This document shows, piece after piece, positions 46,855 through 55,529 of a DNA stretch of 64,000 bases; within the stretch, counting starts at the first letter, position 1, and every line of letters begins with the position of its first letter. Both the position numbers and the translations under genes were made by a program. Below the pieces are notes generated by a model that did no database searches, was not told the DNA's origin, and saw nothing but the letters and a program-made list of their open reading frames with translations. Source of the stretch: Chloroflexota bacterium (GTDB lineage: Bacteria > Chloroflexota > Anaerolineae > Promineifilales > Promineifilaceae); the NCBI GenBank assembly GCA_020628815.1, contig JAHDEN010000001.1, positions 36,288-100,287 of the forward strand, read 5' to 3'.

Positions 46855-47796
46855 ATGCGCTTTCGATTTTTGCTTTTTATTTCGGCGTTCGCCATCCTAT
46901 TAGCCGGTTTTGCACTGATGGGTCCCGCCGCCGCCGAGCCGGTCCCCCCGGCCGATTTTGATTTCCCCTACGCCGAGGACGGGAATTTTGATCATATCCT
47001 GTTTGTCTACGAAGATTTTGACGAGAATGAAGGGGGATATTTTGAACCAGAGGCCGGTCTGCAAACGACCGGTTGGGGAGAGTATCTTGATATTTTGACC
47101 CCCGGAACCACCATTGAGGGAGAGTTTGAGTGGATTACAGATAACACCATCGACGGCCGGGCATTCCGTTGCGCCTTAACCGGTGGAGATGCTTTTAACA
47201 ACTATTTTTGTGCAAATAACGTGGCTCGTCTAAACGGCAGCGTGGGGGACTATCCTTATGCAGGCTTAAATTGGCTAGAGTTTGAAATGGACTTTTACGT
47301 TGAGGGACACATCGACTGCACGTTTAGCACCAAATCAGACATGGAAGGGATTGAATGGGTATGGCAATTTACAGAGCCGCCCGACAGCTACGGTTTTGGC
47401 ATAGTCTACGCCCCGTACCGAGGGCAACTGCGCCATTGGACCGAACAGGGAACTTGGGAGCCTTTTGATCCGCCGATTGAATATATCTGTATAGAGGGGA
47501 ACCAGTGGCACCATGTTAAGTTTGTAACCAGCATGCTGTTTGACAAAATTAACTACCACTACATGATTTTAGATGATCAGGTTATCGATTTTAATGGGCA
47601 ACAGCTCGACAAATTCCCGACTTTTGAAGAATGGAAAGACACCTTCATTCAGATGGGGATTCAGGTTGATTCAACGTTTGGAGTGGATGATCCGGCCAGA
47701 GCACGGCCGGTTGCAATGGTCGTTGACAATGTGACTTTAACAGGGCTAAAGTTAACCTTCGACAACCACATTTACCTGCCAGCGGTCCAAAAATAA
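46855..47796 (+). CDS. Secreted protein of unknown function (313 aa) ending in IYLPAVQK
   Basis: Signal peptide MRFRFLLFISAFAILLAGFALMGPAAA. No recognisable catalytic motif. Confidence 0.7.
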   Translation: MRFRFLLFISAFAILLAGFALMGPAAAEPVPPADFDFPYAEDGNFDHILFVYEDFDENEGGYFEPEAGLQTTGWGEYLDILTPGTTIEGEFEWITDNTIDGRAFRCALTGGDAFNNYFCANNVARLNGSVGDYPYAGLNWLEFEMDFYVEGHIDCTFSTKSDMEGIEWVWQFTEPPDSYGFGIVYAPYRGQLRHWTEQGTWEPFDPPIEYICIEGNQWHHVKFVTSMLFDKINYHYMILDDQVIDFNGQQLDKFPTFEEWKDTFIQMGIQVDSTFGVDDPARARPVAMVVDNVTLTGLKLTFDNHIYLPAVQK

Positions 47797-47916
47797 ACGT
47801 CGATATTCAGGCAATTTAATACGTGTTGCGTGTTGCGTAGCAGGCAGAATCAACCCGCTACGCAACATGCTTTTAAGTATCAATTTGGATCGTGCTAAAA
47901 CTTTATCCCTTCAACC

Positions 47917-48867
47917 ATGTTCCATATTCGCCCGTTTAATTTCTCTGACGCTGATTATGCTAACTGCGTACAGCTACGAAACAGCATCTATTCAGATACC
48001 CCCACAACTGTAGATATTTGGAAAAACAATGACCAAATTCGCCCTGAAAATCTTTGCTATCATTTTTTTGTAGCCGAAGGAGCGGATGGGCAAATTGTAG
48101 GAATGGCCCAATGTGCCAAGACAAATGCTGAAAGCGGCACCTTTAGCTTGGGGCTTATCGGCCGAGATGAGAGTTGGCACAACGGAGTGATGGGTGAATT
48201 GCTGACATGGGTTAAACAGGCGGCCCCGCAGGTTCAGGTGAATGGGCTTGTTCAAAAAATCCAAGAGTCTGATGAGCCAAAGCTGAGCTTCTTAAAATCC
48301 CAAGGATTTCAGCAAATCATGCGCTATCCGCTTTCAGCTTTAGATGTAAACGGCTTTGATCCAGATCGTTTTACCGACAAACTGAAGCTGGTTGAGCAAT
48401 CGGGCATACGTGTCAGCCAGCTCCCGGCCGGTTGGGAGAACGATCCCCATTGGCAAAAGCTGGTCCACGACGTTGACTGGAAACTAATGCTAGACGTGCC
48501 GCACCATGAGCCACGCATCAAAGACAGCTTAGAGCAGTTCATCAAAAACGAATTGTTGCACCCAAACGGGATGCCTGACAGCTATTTTTTAGCGTGGGAT
48601 GGGGAGAAACCGGTGGGATTGACCTGCTTTATCAAACGAGGCGGCCGGACTCAAACCGTTTCAACCGCCTTAACCGGCGTTCTTCGTTCGCATCGTCGGA
48701 TGGGAGTTGCTACAGCGCTCAAGGTTCATTCGATCCGGTATGCCCGTTCAATCGGCTGTCATACCATCCTCACCAAAAACGCAGAGACAAATCCCATGTA
48801 TCAAATTAATGTTTCACTAGGGTTTGAAGCCAAACCAGCTTGGTTAGACATGAAATTAGCCGTTTAA
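47917..48867 (+). CDS. GNAT-family N-acetyltransferase (two-domain)
   Basis: C-terminal 'LTGVLRSHRRMGVATALK' acetyl-CoA-binding (Q/RxxGxG/A-like) motif. Length 316 aa. Confidence 0.7.
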   Translation: MFHIRPFNFSDADYANCVQLRNSIYSDTPTTVDIWKNNDQIRPENLCYHFFVAEGADGQIVGMAQCAKTNAESGTFSLGLIGRDESWHNGVMGELLTWVKQAAPQVQVNGLVQKIQESDEPKLSFLKSQGFQQIMRYPLSALDVNGFDPDRFTDKLKLVEQSGIRVSQLPAGWENDPHWQKLVHDVDWKLMLDVPHHEPRIKDSLEQFIKNELLHPNGMPDSYFLAWDGEKPVGLTCFIKRGGRTQTVSTALTGVLRSHRRMGVATALKVHSIRYARSIGCHTILTKNAETNPMYQINVSLGFEAKPAWLDMKLAV

Positions 48868-48988
48868 AGCCCTGTTTACAGCCGTGAAGCCAACTCAAAC
48901 GATACACGAATAAAACGCATGGATTTGAACAGTGTCCGTACCCAACCGCGCCTAAAGTAGCTATAATCCCGGCTGGAATAGGGACATT

Positions 48989-51187
48989 ATGAACACAAAC
49001 CAACACTCTCCCAAAACAAAACAGTTTAGGATCTTATCGGCGCTTCTATTTTTAGTAATCGGTCTGTTTGCTGTGCCGGTGCGCGGTGCTGAAAATCTAA
49101 CCATTTCACTCATTGGATTAGAAGCTGGATTTCCAGAGATTCGGGCCAATGTACGAATTTTGGGCAGCGACAACCGGGTTGTTGAAGAAATTAATCCGGC
49201 CGATATCGAGATTTATGAAAACGGAACCCGCATCAACGAATTTGAAGTTGTGCCTGCCCAAACAAGCCCACAGCTTATTGCGATCTTAGTCGATTCAGGC
49301 ATCAACACGACGTATGAGCGGGATTATGGGGATGCAAGCATTCGAGCAGCGTTTGGCGGGCTCATCAGTGAGCGGATCATCGATAGCCAAGAAGACAAAG
49401 TTATCCTAACTGAGCAAATCGCAGATGGTGGGATTGATCAAACGATTCTGCATGTTACGGCGGCCGATAACCCGGCCGATGTCATGCAAGGGTTTGAGTC
49501 GATTTCGTTCACCCCGGCCAATGAGCCAACCGAAGCCTTTATCGGAATCGATGAAACGCTGACCGAAATTTCAACCAGCCTTGAAGGGCAAGCCGGAACA
49601 CCTTCGTCCCTCATCTTTTTCTACCACAATGTCAACTGGCCCCCACAAACCCAACAGGTGCGGTTAGCACGGGCGATGGCTGACAAAGCGCTGGCTCAAG
49701 GGACACGCATTTATGTGATCCATGCAAATCCTAGAAACGATTTCTCTGAACCGTTTGAGGAGATGGCTCAGCTATCAGGCGGCAAGTACATCAACTTAGC
49801 GGCCGATGATGTGTTGACTGAGAGGTTTGCAGAAATCTATGAAGACCTGGAACCGCAGTCACAAACCTACGTTTTGCGCTTTAACAGCAATTCGATCAAT
49901 CCGGGTGAACGGGAGATCGCGATTGTGCCAGCCGGTGAACCGGTCAGCAAATCTCAGGCTGTCGGGTCGGTCAATCTAAGTTCAAATCCAGTCTCTATCC
50001 TTGTCGAAAGCAACCCAGATATTGTGCGCACACCTGCACAAGTCGGCGATGAAATCCGCTTTACCCCCAGCTCAACTCCGATTTTGGCACAGGTTGAAAG
50101 CTGGCCTTATATTTTGGGGGATGACGACTTAACGTTGGCAGAGTTGATTGTGAATGGGGTGCCGGTTCAAACGATTGAAAATCCAGAGCCAACCAATATT
50201 GTTTTCGATCTAAACATTAATCAGATTGAAATCGACTCGACCCTGCTTGTTCAGGTTCGCTTATCAGATAAAAACGACCTGGTTTTCAAAAGCGAAACGC
50301 AACAGCTACTGATTGAAGTAGAGGAATTTGAGCCAACAGCGGTTCCCACAGAGCCACCTGCGGCCGGGTCAGGCACAGCGGCCGGATCTGAATCTTCAGA
50401 ACCTGTGCCGACGCCAACACCGTTTGTCGTTGTTAGTTCAGAATCAGCGGATCAATCACCCAGTTTTCTAAGCTGGTTGCCGTGGGCACTCACCGCTCTT
50501 TTGCTCTTGGCCCTCATTGGGGTCATTATCTTTTTTAACCGCCGCCTCAATCAGCTCGGGGCCGGTGTAGCACGCGAAGCTTATCGGCGTGGTGGTCTTC
50601 TTTTGCTAACACGTACAATCATCACCGGCCCTATTCGTGGCAACGAGGTGATTGCTCGTCTAAAAGTATTAAAAGGGCCGGAAGGGTTGGTTGGCAATAA
50701 AGTTGACATTTACACCCACAATGTCAACATCGGCCGTGATCCACGCAGGTGTGATATTGTGTTGTATGATGGGGACGATTTAAGCAGCGTCAGTTCACTG
50801 CACGTCATCATTCAATTTGACCAAGGTGCTTTCAAGATTACCGATGCGTCGACCAATGGAACCAAATTAAATGGGAAACAATTAGAGTCCGACTTGCCTG
50901 CCGACCTGAAAAACGGAGATACAATTATTTTGGGAGATCTGTTTAAACGAGGGGCAGAACTCAAATTTGAAGTTCCTAGAAACACCAAAAACAAAAAGAA
51001 TGCCAAAAGTGAAAAGCAACAGGCATCTCTCTCAAAGCTAAACGCCATTGATAAGAACGCCAATGAAGAACTTATCGAGGTAATCGAGCAGGCTGAACCA
51101 GAACAACCAAAAGCAGGCCAAACACCGGCCGCATCATCTAAAAGTCAGGATGATAATGACGAAAATTGGATGGACGAGCTTGAATAG
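48989..51187 (+). CDS. Transmembrane FHA-domain protein with an extracytoplasmic vWA-like region
   Basis: Signal peptide. 'LIAILVDSGIN' is a degenerate MIDAS-like motif. TM helix LPWALTALLLLALIGVIIFF. C-terminal FHA motifs (IGRDPRRCDIVLYD..VSSLHVII..ITDASTNGTKLNG). Confidence 0.8.
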   Translation: MNTNQHSPKTKQFRILSALLFLVIGLFAVPVRGAENLTISLIGLEAGFPEIRANVRILGSDNRVVEEINPADIEIYENGTRINEFEVVPAQTSPQLIAILVDSGINTTYERDYGDASIRAAFGGLISERIIDSQEDKVILTEQIADGGIDQTILHVTAADNPADVMQGFESISFTPANEPTEAFIGIDETLTEISTSLEGQAGTPSSLIFFYHNVNWPPQTQQVRLARAMADKALAQGTRIYVIHANPRNDFSEPFEEMAQLSGGKYINLAADDVLTERFAEIYEDLEPQSQTYVLRFNSNSINPGEREIAIVPAGEPVSKSQAVGSVNLSSNPVSILVESNPDIVRTPAQVGDEIRFTPSSTPILAQVESWPYILGDDDLTLAELIVNGVPVQTIENPEPTNIVFDLNINQIEIDSTLLVQVRLSDKNDLVFKSETQQLLIEVEEFEPTAVPTEPPAAGSGTAAGSESSEPVPTPTPFVVVSSESADQSPSFLSWLPWALTALLLLALIGVIIFFNRRLNQLGAGVAREAYRRGGLLLLTRTIITGPIRGNEVIARLKVLKGPEGLVGNKVDIYTHNVNIGRDPRRCDIVLYDGDDLSSVSSLHVIIQFDQGAFKITDASTNGTKLNGKQLESDLPADLKNGDTIILGDLFKRGAELKFEVPRNTKNKKNAKSEKQQASLSKLNAIDKNANEELIEVIEQAEPEQPKAGQTPAASSKSQDDNDENWMDELE

Positions 51188-51198
51188 AGTGCAACTTT

Positions 51199-52188
51199 AT
51201 GACCTTTAACATAGGGGATAAGTTAGAAGCGTATACAATCGAAAAGTGTCTTTCGGATACCGGAGGCATGGCGAAGATCTTTTTAGCATATGAAGAAGAT
51301 CGGCCGACTCGCCGCGTGGTTTTGAAAGTACAGCGCACCGGGATGGAAGAAAGTCGAATGTTCCAAGACCTACTGCGCCAAGAGTCCGCTATGCTGCGTT
51401 CGCTGCGCCATCCTGGCATCGTGCGCACTTTGCCCATGCGGATTGATAAGAAAGAAGTGGTCTACGAGGCGCGTGCGGCTAGCTTTGAAGGGACCCCATG
51501 GTATTACGCTATGGAATATTTGGGCGGCTACTCTCTGGCCAAACACATCGATCAATTTCCTGAAGACTCTCGTTTAAGCACACGTAATCCGAACCAAGAT
51601 TTAGGCCTGTACACGATTGATTGGTCGATCGAGCTGTTTTATCAGCTGGTCCAAGTTGTGGATTACATGCATGAAAAGAAGATTGCTCATACAGATCTTA
51701 AACCGGACAACATTATTCTGCGTCATATCCCTTCTTTAAATTTAGTTCCACAGCCGGTTGTCATTGATTTTGGTAGCGCGTGTCGGTTTGACCAGATGAC
51801 TGATTTAACTGCGTCGGTCGGGTATTCGCCACCTGAGGTCATTAAGGCTGTTAAGTATAAAAAAGGGATTGATGAAGCGGAAAACATCTATCCCGATAAA
51901 ATTGATGTGTGGGCGTTAGGGGTTATTTTGTTTGAGCTGCTCACCGGCCGCAACATGAATAGAAGTGCAAAAGGTGGAATTTTAGATACATCCTTAATCT
52001 CGATCCGGTCTAAAAAAATCAGCCGATATCGCATTGATGCACATGCCTCTATCGACAAACTCATTTCAGCCATTCTGAATAACGATCCACAGAAAAGACC
52101 ATCGGTCAAGCAAATTCTGAAGGCTTTAGACGAGAAAATCTACTCGATCCGCCCCCCTAGAATAGATAATCGGCCGATAAATTCTTAG
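51199..52188 (+). CDS. Ser/Thr protein kinase (cytoplasmic, non-RD type)
   Basis: VVLKV (catalytic Lys), HTDLKPDNIIL (Thr replaces the Arg of HRD), VIDFGSA, SPPE. Starts 11 nt after the FHA gene. Confidence 0.8.
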   Translation: MTFNIGDKLEAYTIEKCLSDTGGMAKIFLAYEEDRPTRRVVLKVQRTGMEESRMFQDLLRQESAMLRSLRHPGIVRTLPMRIDKKEVVYEARAASFEGTPWYYAMEYLGGYSLAKHIDQFPEDSRLSTRNPNQDLGLYTIDWSIELFYQLVQVVDYMHEKKIAHTDLKPDNIILRHIPSLNLVPQPVVIDFGSACRFDQMTDLTASVGYSPPEVIKAVKYKKGIDEAENIYPDKIDVWALGVILFELLTGRNMNRSAKGGILDTSLISIRSKKISRYRIDAHASIDKLISAILNNDPQKRPSVKQILKALDEKIYSIRPPRIDNRPINS

Positions 52189-52545
52189 ATGATCCTGGAC
52201 GGTAATTTTCTGCCTATTTTGAAAATTTAGTTAAAATTAAAGCGATTATTCAGCAAGTTAAAATTTCGCTGTCAGTGTCTACGCCACAGGATGATGTTCC
52301 TAAGAAAATGACAACCCGCTTCGCTTTAAAATGATATTTACATAAAATCGAACCGTTGTCTAAAATTGATTAGATAGGAAATTTGATCAGTTTTTGGAGT
52401 AAATGCGACTTATGTCGGGAAAATATTCCTAATTTAAGTTTAAACTGCCTTCAAAAAATGACCATTTCGGATTAAAATTAAGCTGGTGGGTTCAACTGCA
52501 ACTCAATCAAATTTTTATTTCTGTATCTAAGAATTATTTATTTCG

Positions 52546-54579
52546 ATGCCAAAAATTATTAGCGGATACCATTTTGATACAGGTACCCGGGAGCTTTATG
52601 AAGACAGGGTACGCGCAGGTAGCATTAAACGTGCAAACGGTGATTTGCTGGATTATGCTATCGTGGCGGATGGTGTCGGCGGTGAGAATAATGGGGAGCG
52701 CGCGGCGCAATTGGCGTTAGACGCCACAATTGTCTATCTGCAAAACGGCTTAGAAAAATCAATCCCAGCTCTGCTCAGTAAAGCCTTGCACAGTGCGAAC
52801 CATGAGGTTTTCTGGAGCACAAAAAGTAATAAGGGGACAAGCACTACATTAACGGTAGCCGTCATCCTTAATGGACAAACGCTATACATAGCCAATGTTG
52901 GGGATAGTGAGGCTTATCTAGTGCGTGGGAGCAAGGTCTCGAAGCTTACGCTGGACCATTCGTTTAAAAATATTATTCCGATTCAAGACAAAATGAGTCG
53001 CGAGGCGGCCGCATCAAGCCCCCGTGCCAATGTGCTCATGCATGCGATCGGGCTTGAAGAGACGGTTCCGGTTGACATCGGTTTCCACATCAAAGATGAC
53101 TTAACCGAGCAGGAATATAAAAAAGCCCAATTGCGAGGCAAAAAAGGACTCCCCATCAAAAAAGGGGACACCGTCATCGTTTGCTCAGATGGGCTTACCG
53201 GTTTGTCACCAACAGACGGCCGGCCGCTCATTCAAGATGAAGAGATCCTTCAGGTTGTTAGTGCTCAAGAAGGGAATCGAGCCGCCAGAGGGCTGGTTTC
53301 GTTTGCTCTCGGCCGGGATGCTGATGACAATGTTTCTGTCGCACTGCTGCAAACAGACGACCCTGACCGCAAAGAAAAGGCCGTTAATCGGCAGCAACAA
53401 ATCAGAAAGAATGCAGCACTTTTTTATGGCGGGATCGCCTTGGCCACAATCGCTCTGTTTTCAGTCATCGCATTCTTCTTTTTCCAAGGTCGCTCAACAG
53501 AAACTTTAAATGCAGAGCAAACGCGCATCGCCTTAGTGCAAAATCAGACCGCAACTTATAATGCGTTTCTACAAGAAACCCGTGACGCTAATGATGCGCA
53601 ATTGGCAGCCGAGGCAACCGCAATACGGGCAACCGCCGATCAACGGGACCTGAATGGTCAGCTTGCTATTCAGCAAACGGAAACTGTTTCGGCCATTATT
53701 GCTGCAACCCAAACGGCTCAACCCACCGCAACGCCCCTTCCAACTAGCACCCCCCGGCCGACCTTAATCCCTGGCCAGATTGGTTTCTTCCGTGGCAAGA
53801 GCCAAGATGATTTGCAACCTCTATTCGAGGATGAAGCGGTCATTGCTGTCGAAAATTCTGAAGTTCAAATTAATCATTTAGATGTTGAAGAGGAAGATGC
53901 CAGCATTTATTTGAGCAGCGGCGGAGAAATTGAGTTTAGCCAAGTAAGCCGTCAGGTTGAATTCCGCATTTTTGAAGAGAGCAACATCTTAGTTGAAACC
54001 GGCCGCTATCAAAGTGGTGCAGAGGCCGAAGTAAGAGCAACAGACAACGATGTTCTTTTTAGCGTTGTAGGATCTTGCATGGGTGTTAATTACTCTGAAC
54101 AAGAAGAGTTGATTGTGGCAGCCTGCTTTGAAGGCGAATGTGATTTCCGCATTGATCGCGACGATACTGTTTCAATCCCAACCGGTGATCTGGTGACGCT
54201 TAACCCAGCAGATTTGAGCCTAGAACCCCAATTTAGCCCGATTCCGCCCAACTTAGCGGTGAACTACCGAACGCTCTTGAGTGATTTCCCAGGTGGCTTG
54301 TTAGACGTCCCTCAATGTCTCCAACCTTATCTACCTGTGCCACCAACACCGACCCCGACGCCAACAATTTCGCTTCCAACAGAAACTCCGACCCCGGTTG
54401 AAGTCGATTCAGGTGGTGGCAACAACGGTGGCGGAAATAGCGGCGGAGGCAACAATGGTGGCGGCGGTGGTGGATCCCAAAATACGCCGGTTCCCCCTCC
54501 AACTGCAGCTCCACCACCAACAGAAAGTGCCCCTCAACGGCCGACCGCGGTTCCAGAGCGACCAACCGCAGCACCTTAG
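52546..54579 (+). CDS. PP2C-family Ser/Thr phosphatase with a TM helix and a large extracytoplasmic domain; Pro-rich and Gly/Asn-rich tail
   Basis: PP2C motifs (YEDR, VADGVGG, ANVGDSEAY, SDGL, DDNVS). TM helix FYGGIALATIALFSVIAFFFF. C-terminal GGGNNGGGNSGGGNNGGGGGGS and PxxT repeats. Confidence 0.85.
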   Translation: MPKIISGYHFDTGTRELYEDRVRAGSIKRANGDLLDYAIVADGVGGENNGERAAQLALDATIVYLQNGLEKSIPALLSKALHSANHEVFWSTKSNKGTSTTLTVAVILNGQTLYIANVGDSEAYLVRGSKVSKLTLDHSFKNIIPIQDKMSREAAASSPRANVLMHAIGLEETVPVDIGFHIKDDLTEQEYKKAQLRGKKGLPIKKGDTVIVCSDGLTGLSPTDGRPLIQDEEILQVVSAQEGNRAARGLVSFALGRDADDNVSVALLQTDDPDRKEKAVNRQQQIRKNAALFYGGIALATIALFSVIAFFFFQGRSTETLNAEQTRIALVQNQTATYNAFLQETRDANDAQLAAEATAIRATADQRDLNGQLAIQQTETVSAIIAATQTAQPTATPLPTSTPRPTLIPGQIGFFRGKSQDDLQPLFEDEAVIAVENSEVQINHLDVEEEDASIYLSSGGEIEFSQVSRQVEFRIFEESNILVETGRYQSGAEAEVRATDNDVLFSVVGSCMGVNYSEQEELIVAACFEGECDFRIDRDDTVSIPTGDLVTLNPADLSLEPQFSPIPPNLAVNYRTLLSDFPGGLLDVPQCLQPYLPVPPTPTPTPTISLPTETPTPVEVDSGGGNNGGGNSGGGNNGGGGGGSQNTPVPPPTAAPPPTESAPQRPTAVPERPTAAP

Positions 54580-54608
54580 AGCCGAAAGTAACACACCCCC
54601 TTTATTCG

Positions 54609-55334
54609 CTAAATTGCTAAATCTAATAGCTGATCATAAAGCGGTTGGCATTCAGCCAACAGTGGTTTTAACTGGTCTGGAAACGCAGTCTCTTTAGGCT
54701 TATATTTCATAAATCCAGTTGATCTGTGGACGCTATCGTACCAAGCAGGTGCCCAAGCACCATCTTCAGGACGAGCCCCAGCTGGCCAGCTCAGCATCGC
54801 TGGGTCAAAGGGAATCCCAACATGCTCACACATCTTAGACAGCACGCCTTCAGGGTCCTGCAGCACTCGTTTTGAATCAATAATAATGGGAGTCTGACCG
54901 TTATCGATCAAATATTTCCACAGGCGCATATTGTCAGCATATCCAACATCTCGCATCGTTGGTGCTGAAACCTGATGAGCATACGATGGGAGCATATCCA
55001 CAGGATTCCGAATTAAGATCACGTTGGTCATCTTTTGCAGAAAATCCCAAGGCATATTTACAAGATGATGGGTCATCTGCTTGAAAAATATCACTGGGGT
55101 TTCAGGGTCTGCCAGCATAATCTTTTGTAAAACATCACGATAGTCGGCCGACTGTGTCTTTAATGTCTCCGCAGCTAAAGGATGATATTCATCCGCATCG
55201 GTAGTGCTCAAATAATGAGCATACAAAGGCTCATCTACAACCGTTGTGTCGCTTCGCTGAGCAAAGCTATACATGAGCGCTGTTGATATGTTTCTGGGGC
55301 CTGACCACACATTTAATCGTAAAAATTGACTCAT
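54609..55334 (-). CDS. Sulfotransferase-like P-loop-fold protein (putative)
   Basis: 'VWSGPRNISTALMYSF..DEPLY' N-terminus recalled from the sulfotransferase-family annotation. The functional assignment is weak. Confidence 0.45.
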   Translation of the reverse strand: MSQFLRLNVWSGPRNISTALMYSFAQRSDTTVVDEPLYAHYLSTTDADEYHPLAAETLKTQSADYRDVLQKIMLADPETPVIFFKQMTHHLVNMPWDFLQKMTNVILIRNPVDMLPSYAHQVSAPTMRDVGYADNMRLWKYLIDNGQTPIIIDSKRVLQDPEGVLSKMCEHVGIPFDPAMLSWPAGARPEDGAWAPAWYDSVHRSTGFMKYKPKETAFPDQLKPLLAECQPLYDQLLDLAI

Positions 55335-55529
55335 TAGAATTTTTTTTGGTGAATAAAGCTAATTACTTTTGGGACCGATTCAATATTCTATGCAACATTT
55401 TTTATTTAGCATATCGGCCCTTACGCTAAACTATTAGTCATACTCTTTGGGCAAACGGACCTATATACATAGGGCTACAAATCAATCAAAATTGGAAGCT
55501 GATATCTAAATTAATTCACTTGTGATTCT

